In this document: positions 10,169 through 20,574 of the stretch, piece after piece
Numbering within the stretch: position 1 is the stretch's first letter
How the letters are laid out: the number at the start of each line of letters is the position of its first letter
Source of the DNA: Podospora anserina
Lineage: Eukaryota
Direction of reading: 5' to 3'
Length of the DNA stretch: 64,000 nucleotides
NCBI GenBank assembly: GCA_017654855.1
Contig: CM030332.1
Span: forward strand, 4,898,001 to 4,962,000
Translations under genes and position numbers: made by a program
The notes under the pieces: generated by a model
Told to the model about the DNA's origin: nothing
The model's input: the letters and a program-made list of their open reading frames with translations, nothing else
Databases searched by the model: none

Positions 10169-13100
10169 ATGTTGTCGACCGTGTACAAGGCGGGTCGTGC
10201 CCCTGCCCTCCTCCGACATGGTCGACGGGTCGCCGTCGCACCACAAACCGCCCAATTGAGGCCCCTCACCTCGGGCGTCCAGAGCCTCCCCGTCCGTCAA
10301 CCAACCGAGTCGCCAATTGCTCGTCTCCAGAAGCGCTTCCTCTCAGTGTCTGCCGCCAGACCTGGTAACGCTGCCCAGTCCGCCCCTAACCCCTATGCCT
10401 ACCTCGACAGTGGCGTAATAAAGCCAAAGGAGTTTGTCGATGTGAAGAAGGTGCTTGTTATCGGATCCGGTGGTCTTGCCATTGGCCAGGCCGGCGAGTT
10501 TGACTACTCCGGTACGTCTTGAGGTGACACTTTGTGTGGTGAACAATGAGTCACACGACTACTTCACAACGAGTCCCAGCGCTGACCATACGCGCCCTTT
10601 CACAGGATCCCAGGCGCTCAAGGCCTTAAAGGAAGCCGGCGTTTCTTCCGTTCTTATGAACCCCAATATCGCTACCATTCAAACCAACCACTCGCTCGCC
10701 GACGAGGTGTACTACCTGCCCATCACCCCCGAGTATGTCGAGTATGTGATCCAGAAGGAAAGGCCAGATGGTATCTTCCTCTCTTTCGGTGGTCAGACCG
10801 CCCTGAACCTTGGTGTCCAGATGGAGAAGTTGGGCATGTTCGAGAAGTACGGCGTCAGAGTGTTGGGCACCAGCGTCAGGACGTTGGAGCTCTCTGAGGA
10901 CAGAGATCTGTTCGCCAAGGCTCTGGAGGAGATCAACATCCCCATTGCCAAGTCTATTGCCGTCAACACCCTGGACGATGCTCTAGAGGCTGCCCGCAAC
11001 ATTGGGTACCCAATTATTGTCCGCGCTGCTTATGCGCTTGGTGGTCTTGGTTCTGGTTTCGCCAACAACGAGGAGGAGCTGCGCAACATGGCTGCCCGGT
11101 CTCTGACTCTCTCCCCCCAAATCTTGGTTGAGAAGTCTCTCAAGGGCTGGAAGGAAGTTGAATATGAGGTCGTGCGTGATGCGAACAACAACTGCATCAC
11201 TGTGTGCAACATGGAGAACTTTGACCCCTTGGGTATCCACACTGGTGACTCGATTGTCGTTGCGCCCAGTCAGACCCTGAGCGATGAGGAGTACCACATG
11301 CTTCGTTCCGCTGCCATCAAGATTGTCCGTCACTTGGGCGTCGTTGGTGAGTGCAACGTCCAGTATGCGCTCCAGCCTGATGGGTTGGACTACAGAGTCA
11401 TCGAGGTCAATGCTCGTCTCTCTCGTTCGTCCGCCCTGGCTTCCAAGGCCACCGGTTACCCATTGGCGTACACTGCTGCCAAGATTGGTCTTGGACACAC
11501 TCTTCCTGAGCTTCCCAATGCCGTCACCAAGACCACTACTGCCAATTTCGAGCCCTCGCTCGATTACATTGTCACCAAGATTCCCCGCTGGGATTTGTCC
11601 AAGTTCCAGCACGTCAAGCGTGACATTGGTAGCGCCATGAAGTCTGTTGGTGAGGTTATGGCCATTGGTCGTACCTTTGAGGAGTCTTTCCAGAAGGCCA
11701 TCAGACAGGTTGACCCCAACTTTGTCGGCTTCCAGGGTGCCAAGTTTGAGGATCTCGAATTTGAGCTCCAGAACCCAACTGACCGCCGCTGGTTGGCTGT
11801 CGGCCAGGCCATGCTCCACGAGAACTACACTGTTGACCGTGTCCACGAGCTGACCAAGATCGACAAGTGGTTTTTGCACAAGCTCCAGAACATTGTTGAC
11901 TGCACCAAGGAGCTCCAGCAGATTGGCAGCCTCCAAGGCCTCAAGAAGGAGAACGTGCTCAAGGCCAAGAAGATGGGTTTCTCTGACAAGCAGATTGCCC
12001 ATGCTGTCAACAGCACTGAGGACGAGGTTCGCGCCCGCAGATTGGAGTTTGGCATCCGCCCCTGGGTCAAGAAGATCGATACCCTCGCTGCCGAGTTCCC
12101 TGCCGATACCAACTACCTGTACACCACCTACAACGCCTCGACCCACGATATCAACTTCGAGGACAAGGGTACCGTCATTCTCGGCAGCGGTGTCTACCGC
12201 ATTGGTAGCTCCGTCGAGTTCGATTGGTGCGCTGTCAGCGCCACTCGTGCCCTGAAGGCCATGGATGAGAAGACGGTCATGATTAACGTAAGTGTTTTAC
12301 CCTCCCCCAATATTCCCATCAGATCTTTCCCAAGCGGGCACCGAGTTGCAGCTATCTTCGAGCTGCCTCTCAAAGTTGTGATTTGCTTCAAGTCAGTTCT
12401 CAGTGTTTTGCTTTTTTGTCCCAGCTGTTTTCGTCCCAGCTTTTGCTTCACCAAGTCGACTTCAACAACCATTTTGCTTCCCCCCCTCCGAGCTCTAGAT
12501 TTCAACCCTTGTTTTCGAGTTGATACCGTCTGCAATGACATTCCTCATATTACATGAGTTGGCCCTTGAGCGTCACCATGTGACATGAGCCGGCTCTGAG
12601 CTTCATCATGTTACATGAACCTGGCACTGAGCCTACTTATGTCTACATTGAGCTCCCTGAGCCACCGTCAGATTGCAAGCAGATTCTGGTACAGCTCTGG
12701 TCTAAGCATGTTGCAGAGATTTTCTGGCAAATTTCGTTCGATCACATTGAACAGTTTCTCCAGATCTCATCTGATCACGTTGATTCTGTGGCGTTTTCGT
12801 CTGATCGCGTTACTATCAGCCCTCTTTGTCCAGTCTTGTTGCCGAGTTTTGGTGTACTTGTCTGCGATCAGGGTTGTTATGTAGCTTGTCATCATGGCGT
12901 ATTTGTTCTAGGTGTTCTAGGAGTTGATATCTAGTGGTAGTCAAACCTCCAGTCTGGCCCTAGTAGTCTACTCTGGCTTTCAACACCTTCCCTGCGTGCC
13001 CGGGCCTGGTTGTGCAGGACAGTATCGCGTACTTGTGCCTGTCCGATTTCTTGCTCGTGCCTGGTCTTGCCTGATCTTTCACGACAACAGCGCGCCCTCG

Positions 13101-16100
13101 AGGTCGCAGCCGCCCGTGGTCGCCTCAGGATATTGAGACCAGCAGCATTTGTCAACCCGGCTCCTGAGATGTGTCTTGAATGGCGGCAAGATCTAGTTCA
13201 TATATGTTGATCACTTCAAAGCGTCGACGCCATGTGCCTCTATACTATGACAAGTGTCAACGATCTCTGCCTTGACAGTTGCCTCAGGATAGTTATCTAA
13301 GGTTTATATGGAGCCATTGTATGTGGTATGTGGGAGGTGGGGGAGTTGAAGGGGAAGGAAGTGGTCCTTAGGGTGTTCTTACAGAATTTTTCCCTGGGAA
13401 CTTCTGCGAAGTCACCTCTCCTCTTTCCTTTCGAGACGATCTCGCTTCTGAAGTATTCCCGTTCAACACCTCTCTCTCTACTGAACCGCTACATCATCTA
13501 TTGTTATCCTTACACCCACATCATTATTCCCAAATTTTGAGCCATTCCCCCTACATTTTCGGACCAGGCACCGAATAGCCCGCCTCCGCCGTCACATACC
13601 CCCCCATCAGCGGCCATTCCTCGACATTGTCATCAGCATACCTCACATCAACGCACCTGAGTATCACTCGTTTGCAGATAGTCTGGTGTTTAGCGGCTTG
13701 CCAGCAACATTTTCGAGAGAGTTCAAACCCTCGAGTCAATCCCACCATCCCATCCTTTCGATCGTTTATCCCAGCTTTTAGCTATTTATCCCATCTTTCT
13801 CAACTCGTTCCGCCAAGTGGCCCAGATCGTGCCAACCAGCTGTCCGAGCTTCGGCCTCCTCGTCACTCCTCATACCGGTGTCCACTCCCTGTTCCTCGGC
13901 TACGTCAGTTGTCCAGCATGGACGCATTCGAAATGCCAGAGACACTGCCGCACATGATTATCTTGTGTGGATGGTATGCTTTGACCACTATATCTGAAGC
14001 TGGGACGAGGTTCCCGTCGTGTGTGCTCATGCTGCTGTCGACCTTAGCAGCGCTTGCTTACCCTCACGGCTTCGTTCGCTCCCGTCTGTTCCCTTCGCCT
14101 CCTTGCGCCCATTGCTCGTGCACAAGCGTGCCACACAGTATTACACCTGCATTTGATAATGACATGTGTTTCCATTATGTTTGTACGCATGATCCAAGAT
14201 GTTTCAAAGCCTATGGTGCATGTTAGCACACCTATTCAGCATATTTGGACACCCAAGTGGGATGTTTAGATGCCTTAACAAGATAGTCATAGACCTTTCT
14301 ACTATCTTGATAGGCCTATTTGAAATAGTTGGACACGTTTAAACTATTTTAATAGGCCTCCGAGTGATAGTTGGACGTGTTTGAACTATCTCGGGATGTC
14401 TTTACACAATGTTTTAACGCCTGAGGGGGATGTTTGGACACATTAGCACAATATTTAAACGCATGTGCAAGTGCTTGATACACCTTGGTGCTGCAGTGTG
14501 ATGCATCCACTTCGCTTCCCTACACCTGGCTGTGATATCGTCAATCATACAGCGTGTCTTTCACATTCATTCGGATTGCACTTTTGAACATTTTTCTGGT
14601 GCACAATTCTGCGAAGTTTGCAGCTTGTCCCAACATTGTCCATGCCCCTTTTTGATGGACCCATTTTTCAGGACCCCACTTTTCCCCTGATGAAGCAAAT
14701 CGTCCCCCTTTACCACCACACTTTGTTTACAACGTTTCTACCCATCTACACACACTATTATGAGGTCTATGATACTAAAAGTGGGTCTAGTATAATCCCG
14801 AGACCACGTCGACCGATTTTGACGAAGCCGGTAAGTTGATTTCCTTGACGAGGACGCGATTTGAGACTGACGAGATGGAAAACAGACCGCCTTTATTTCG
14901 AAGAGTTGAGCTATGAGCGTGTGATGGATATCTACGAGCTCGAGAACGCCAGCGGTGTGGTGGTGTCTGTCGGTGGCCAGCTTCCCCAGAACATTGCCCT
15001 TCGTCTCCAGGAGACTGGCAAGGCCAACGTTCTCGGAACCGACCCCCGTGACATCGACAAGGCTGAGGACAGACAGAAGTTCTCCGAGATCCTCGACTCC
15101 ATCGGAGTTGACCAGCCCGCCTGGAAGGAGTTGACCTCCGTCGAGGCTGCCGAGAAGTTTGCCCAGGAGGTCGGCTACCCTGTCCTTGTTCGTCCCAGTT
15201 ACGTCCTTTCTGGTGCTGCTATGACTGTCATTCGCAGCCAGGAGGACCTCAAGGACAAGCTTGAGGCTGCTTCCAACGTCTCCCCTGACCACCCCGTCGT
15301 CATCAGCAAGTTCATCGAGGGTGCTCAGGAGATTGATGTTGATGGTGTTGCCTCCAAGGGTGAGCTGATCATCCACGCCGTCAGTGAGCACGTCGAGCAG
15401 GCTGGTGTCCACTCTGGTGATGCCACCCTCGTCCTCCCTCCTGCCAACTTGGACCAGGACACCATGGACCGTGTCAAGGAGATTGCGCAGAAGGTCGCCA
15501 AGGCCTGGAACATCACCGGTCCCTTCAACATGCAGATCATTCGCGCTGAGGATCCCGAGGGAGGTGTGCCCGCCCTCAAGGTCATCGAGTGCAACCTCCG
15601 TGCCTCTCGTTCTTTCCCCTTCGTCAGCAAGGTCCTCGGCACCAACTTCATTGACGTTGCCACCAAGGCCCTTGTCGGCAAGGACGTTCCCCAGCCCACC
15701 GACCTCATGGCTGTCAAGCGTGACTACTTGGCCACCAAGGTTCCCCAGTTCTCCTGGACCCGTCTCGCTGGCGCCGACCCCTTCCTTGGCGTCGAGATGG
15801 CTTCCACCGGTGAGATGGCTTGCTTCGGCAAGAACCTCGTTGAGGCCTACTGGGCTTCTCTCCAGTCCGCCATGAACTTCCGCGTCCCTGAGCCTGGTGA
15901 GGGTATCCTCTTTGGTGGTGAGCTGAGCAAGAACTGGCTTGCCACCGTTGTGGACTACCTTGCTCCTCTTGGCTACAAGCTTTATGCTGCCGATGCCGAG
16001 GTCAAGGAGTACCTCGAGACCAAGTCCAAGCCCAAGATCAACGTTGAGGTCATCGAGTTCCCCAAGGAGGACAAGCGCGCCCTCCGTGAGGTGTTCAAGA

Positions 16101-16386
16101 AGTACGACATTCGCGGTGTCTTCAACCTTGCCCAGGCCCGTGGCAAGACTGTCATGGATGTCGACTACGTCATGCGCCGCAACGCCGTCGACTTTGGCGT
16201 GCCATTGTTCATGGAGCCTCAGGTTAGTTTCTCCCTTTGCCTTGCTAGATTGATCAACATGCTAAGACTTTCTACCAGACCGCTATGCTCTTCGCCCAGT
16301 GCATGAGCGAGAAGCTGCCCAGGCCCGAGGGTATCCCCTCTGAGGTCCGCAGGTGGTCCGACTTCATTGGTGGCAAGCCTTTGTGA
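10169..16386 (+). CDS. CPA2: Arginine-specific carbamoyl-phosphate synthetase large subunit, mitochondrial; exons 10169-10511, 10606-12287, 14791-14830, 14886-16222, 16279-16386
   Basis: [93 protein letters not shown]; Arg-rich presequence; no glutaminase, DHOase or ATCase domains, so not URA2/pyr-3. Confidence 0.97.
10547..10553. promoter_or_regulatory. Gcn4/CPC-1 (cross-pathway control) consensus site TGAGTCA in CPA2 intron 1
   Basis: Exact TGA(C/G)TCA match inside an amino-acid biosynthesis gene; further matches upstream at 9202 (TGACTCA), 9490 (TGACTC) and 9881 (GAGTCA). Confidence 0.5.
12541..12661. repeat. Four degenerate ~30-nt tandem repeats with a palindromic CATGTNACATG core
   Basis: ttcctcatattacatgagttggcccttgag / cgtcaccatgtgacatgagccggctctgag / cttcatcatgttacatgaacctggcactgag / cctacttatgtctacattgagctccctgag. 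Confidence 0.75.
14199..14471. repeat. Array of 13 degenerate 21-nt units, consensus ATNTTNNNANRCCTN7
   Basis: Units start at 14199, 14220, 14241 ... 14451 with exact 21-nt spacing; A1, T2, A9 and purine 11 in 13/13 units, T5 and T14 in 12/13, C12 in 11/13. Confidence 0.85.
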
Positions 16387-17083
16387 ATAGCGCAAGGCTC
16401 TGGTTTCCAATGTTTCTTTCTTGCTTAATGTGTTCCTATACTTTTTCTATTTGAGGGCATGGGAGGAGGACTCCAAAAAGCAGGGTGGGTGTGTGGTGTG
16501 AGGAGAAAAATATGAGCGGCGTTTGAACATTTGATGGAAGGGTTTTCGATGTCTGTATTCATTTTCACAGCGGCGGTGACATGGTTGGCAGGGAAATTTC
16601 TAGTCGGTTACTTGATATGATATGGTCTTTAAAAGTGAACATCTTATTTTTCTTTTGTTTGTGATTGCTGTGATGTTTGATGGTATGATGGTGGGTGGTT
16701 TTACAGAATGAACTATGGAATGGACTTTGAAGAGGCCTGATGGTACATTTCCAGCAATGATATTGTGTATGTAACCTTTATAAGCCAATGTGATTTCTCT
16801 CACATAGGAGAACATGTTTATGGGGGGTTTTGCTTTCAAAAGTGACATGCCGTTGCTTTTCAGGGTTAGGGTCTTTCTTGCGCCAGCAACCCTCTATCTA
16901 GCGCACGGGCTCATCTCATTCATTGCTCTTACACTCATTCCTCGTTTCATTAAAAACTCTCCTTCAACATCAAACAACGAGCACTGGCCACGACTCAAAA
17001 CATTAGCGACATCAGCCTTGTCAAACAACCTCACATACTATCCCTCAGCAGTCTACCCACCATACCAACCCCAAACCCTCAAA

Positions 17084-18052
17084 ATGAGCACCACCAACAA
17101 CAACAACCACCCCCAAGAGGAAGAAGAAGAAGACGACTACATGTCCCCCCTCTTCCTCGCGCCCCCCACAACGACCTCCTCCGCCCTCCCAATAAAAGAA
17201 TCCTCCCTCCAACGCCGCGCCCGTCTCAAGCGCGAGGCCGAGGCCCGTTCCCGCCCCAAATCAAAAGCTGAACTCGCCCAGGAAGCCGAGTTGCAACGCG
17301 AAAAAGCGCATTCTACCTCTTTGCTGGCGTCAAAACCCCAGTCGAAAGGCCTGGCGATGATGGCGAAGATGGGGTTCAGACCTGGGTCTACACTGGGGTC
17401 GAGCAGTTCTGGGTCGGCGGAGCCGATCAGGGTTTCGATCAAGGAGGGGAAGGAGGGGATTGGGCTGGAGAGTGAGAGGAAACGGAAGCTGAAGGAGTTG
17501 GTGGAGAACATGGAGAAGACGGAGAAGAAGATTAAGGTCGGGGAGGTGGATTACAGGGAGCGGATGAGGCAGGAGAGGGAGGAGCAGAGGTTGGAGGGGC
17601 AGGTTAGGGGTGCTCAAAAGGTGGCGGAGGGGTTGGATTCGGAGAGGGCTAAGGAAAGGGGGGAGGAGATGGGGAAGAGGAGGTTGAAAGGGATACCGGT
17701 TGTTTGGAGGGGGTTGGTCAAGGTTAGGGAGGAGAGCGAGAGGGATAGGAGAATGAGGAGGGATTTGGAGGAGCATGCTATGTCACGGTTGCCGACGTAT
17801 GATGATGGGGATGAGGATGCGGACGATAGGAAGGCGTTGGGGAAGAAGAAGGTGGTGTATGAGGTGGCGGAGGATTTGGATGAGGAGGATGAGGAGTTGG
17901 ATGAGTTTAATGGGTTGACGGGGGAGGAAAAGTTGAGGAGGTTGGTGGAGTATTTGAGAAAAGAGCATCATTATTGCTTTTGGTGCAAGTTCAAGTACGA
18001 GGATGAGAGGATGGAGGGGTGTCCGGGGTTGACAGAGGAGGAGCATGATTGA
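17084..18052 (+). CDS. G-patch domain + DUF4187 protein (GPATCH11/Cmg1-like)
   Basis: EEDDYMS N-terminus; G-patch SKGLAMMAKMGFRPGSTLG..EPI..K..KEGIG; C-terminal YLRKEHHYCFWCKFKY..CPGLTEEEHD; ATG in a CAAAATG context at 17084. Confidence 0.9.
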   Translation: MSTTNNNNHPQEEEEEDDYMSPLFLAPPTTTSSALPIKESSLQRRARLKREAEARSRPKSKAELAQEAELQREKAHSTSLLASKPQSKGLAMMAKMGFRPGSTLGSSSSGSAEPIRVSIKEGKEGIGLESERKRKLKELVENMEKTEKKIKVGEVDYRERMRQEREEQRLEGQVRGAQKVAEGLDSERAKERGEEMGKRRLKGIPVVWRGLVKVREESERDRRMRRDLEEHAMSRLPTYDDGDEDADDRKALGKKKVVYEVAEDLDEEDEELDEFNGLTGEEKLRRLVEYLRKEHHYCFWCKFKYEDERMEGCPGLTEEEHD

Positions 18053-18148
18053 GGTGATTGTCACAGCCTAGAGAGAGTTGAGATACTGCATGATGAACAA
18101 CTCTTCATTGCTCTCCGTTTCGCTGCCTTCAACACGCTACCCAATCGC

Positions 18149-19919
18149 TCAATACATCTCCAAAATCTCGCCAATCACATTCCGGTAGATACCATTCGGA
18201 TCAAACTTTGCCTCACAGCTTTGAACCGGGCCAGATACTAATAAACGTATTACGTTAGTCAACCACTGTGCCTCTTGTCGAGGAAATTGACTTACGTTTG
18301 GGTCCAGATGCTTCTTCGACCTCGCAAAAACCTCCCTCGTATTCTTGGTCCAATGAGGTCTGCAGGGGAACTCGTCGATCAGAGCATTGGCAACCTTGCG
18401 ATCTGTTTTCTCTCAGGTTAGCCCCCCTTGTGAAGAAAAGAGAGACAAAAAGGAGCGGCACGCACAAAACGGCTCGTTAAACCTCTTCTCATCGCCAACA
18501 CTCGGTCGGTACGAGGGAAAGTCAAACATGATCGTCCCCTTTGACCAATCCACCCCGTCAGAAGTGTTGTATGTCTGCTGCCCAAGAAAGTCAAAATAGT
18601 GCCGACCGACTGTTTACCCATTGTCAGCGCATTCTCGCCTTTTCATACACACTCAGGAAAGACATACACTTGATATTAATCCCGCTCCTATACGTACTCG
18701 TCATGATAATCCCCCTCTTCAACTCCTCATCAAATAGCCCTCTCGCTCTCTTCAACACCGCATTCGCCATCGTTACCGGGAAGGCCAGCTCAAGGGTGTA
18801 AGCCCTCAGCCCATAGTCCCACTGAGCCTTTTGGTCTGGGTAGAGACCACCGATCAATACATCATAGTTCCAACCATAAACCGGCCACTTGTCAATAGCT
18901 TTGTTCGTCGTCTTCTCCCTAAAGTTTGGCTTCTCCCACTGCCCAAAAAAGATCTCCTCCATGAGCATGTTGGATGTGGGCAAGTACTTCCCGCTGTTGA
19001 GCAGATTCTTGGCAGCAAACGCCTCAAGGTCGGTCACAGAAAAGGTGTTTTGGAAGCCTTGCTGCTCGGTGAAGTTGGCGGGGACAACATCGTAATATCG
19101 CTGGTGAAACTTTCTCTTGTAGGGCCACCACCAGAGATTCGCTGTTGCGTACGGGGCAATCATGCCGTAGATGTCGCCCTCGAGAACTTCCTTTTCGTCG
19201 AAACTGTCCTGGCTGTCAGTCTGTCGGCCGGCGGTTGATGGGGTCAAGTATACTCACGTGTTCTGCTTGGCATAAACCTTGCTGTCAGGATAGATCTTGA
19301 GTTTTATCCTCGCAATAATTCCCAACAATCCCAGACTGGTCGAAGCAGCCAACCAGTCATCATCACTTTCATTCCTTTCTACTTTTCTGATCTCCCCCTT
19401 TCCATCAATGATATCCATGGCCAACACACCCGCCGCCACCATCGAGTCTTCTCTAATCGAGCTTCTGTGAGCCCCCATCGCCACACTCCCGCCGAAACTG
19501 ATGTTCCAGTTTGTGAGGGTGTACCCAACACTGGCACCCCTATCATGGAGATACTCGGCCAGCTGGAAGAAAGTAACTCCAGCGTCAACAAGTACGGACC
19601 CATGGGGGGCCCCCTCGGGAAGGCTGAAGTCGTAGATGCCGGCCACATTGGCAGTTTGGATGATGATGGTCGAGTCGTCGCTGCATTGGGTATCGTACCA
19701 CATGTGGCCCTTTCCTGCGGCGCGGACCAAGGACTTGGACTGGATGGCTGACTTGACGACGGATTGCATATTCTCGACGGAGGTGGCGTCGTGGACCCGG
19801 GAGACATTGTGGCAGGCTGGGGAGCCTGGGCCGTCAAAGGTGTTCCATACCAAGGCTGATGCGGTGCCCGAGCAGAGGAGAAGGCTGCTCAGGCCCACAC
19901 CAAGGCCTGTGGGAGTCAT
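18149..19919 (-). CDS. Secreted FAD-linked oxidase, L-gulonolactone/D-arabinono-1,4-lactone oxidase-like; exons 19919-19258, 19203-18668, 18609-18466, 18402-18296, 18237-18149 (apparent 1-nt frameshift in the last exon)
   Basis: Signal peptide; VRAAGKGH, VDAGV, SFGGSVAMGAH, SLGLLGII FAD-binding motifs; CRPHWTK and FDPNGIY C-terminal ALO-type motifs; four GT..AG introns. Confidence 0.85.
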
Positions 19920-20058
19920 CGTTGCCGGGAAAGAAGGGATCTGAAACCGAGGACGGTAAACAAGCAATCACCTAGAGATCTGATAAGAGATCTAGGTTCA
20001 AGCCTGGTGGAGCTTTTCCCCGGATTTCGAGCCACCAAGAAGGCACACTCGCTTTATA

Positions 20059-20101
20059 TCACCCACCACCACCACCACCACCACAACAACAACAACAACA
20101 A
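20059..20101. repeat. (CAC)n(AAC)n compound microsatellite
   Basis: tcacccaccaccaccaccaccaccacaacaacaacaacaaca. Confidence 0.9.
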
Positions 20102-20574
20102 GAAGCTCTCACCCCCTCCTCTTGACTGACACGACGATGTCTCCTCGCTTCCACAAACAGTAACCTCACCTCCCACCTCCTCCAATTCACCCTCCAACCA
20201 ACCGCGGCTCCTCAAGGGACAAATTGAACGAGCGAGCGATGTCACTCCCCGCGAATCACAAACGCCAGCGCCGGGCAGCCACAAAAAAAACGCGGGGAAA
20301 TGCAGGGTATAGAGGTGACTCAGTCGGGGTTTTTACCTTGCTGTCACGGTCATTTCTTGGAATGTGGACTTGAAATAAATCCAGGAATCAACTGGTTGGT
20401 GAAGATGCTGATCCAAACGGTCACCAGTCATGATGGTGGCGAGCTGTGCTTGGTGTGCAATGAGCTTCGAATGGGAACAACCTCTGAGAAGCTAACAGCC
20501 ACCTTTCTTCTTGATCAGGGGTTCAGAGAAAGTATTCCAAACGTCTGGCTACGAGGTGGTTTTTTCCATCAATA

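Larger units (their letters stand above)
12288..14790 (+). other. 2503-nt spliceosomal intron 2 of CPA2
   Basis: Donor AAC|GTAAGT at 12288; branch-like TACTAAA near 14773; acceptor CTAG at 14790; splicing joins MIN to YNPET in frame. Confidence 0.9.

Noticed and set aside
10983-12146. 387-aa minus-strand ORF and similar long antisense ORFs (14738-15412, 58600-59628, 62367-63278)
   Set aside because: Antisense shadows of codon-biased genes (CPA2, DPH6, AAA ATPase); no independent domain signal.
12288-12557. C-terminal extension [10 protein letters not shown]... of the 700-aa CPA2 ORF
   Set aside because: Read-through into the intron after the GTAAGT donor; CPS similarity resumes at 14791.
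13271-13331. Possible poison cassette exon inside the large CPA2 intron (CAG acceptors at about 13278/13287, GTATGT donors at 13319/13326)
   Set aside because: Short splice-like motifs occur by chance in 2.5 kb and there is no convincing branch site; unsupported without RNA data.
14199-14471. CRISPR-like interpretation of the periodic arrays
   Set aside because: Eukaryotic context, no identical repeats with unique spacers, no cas genes.
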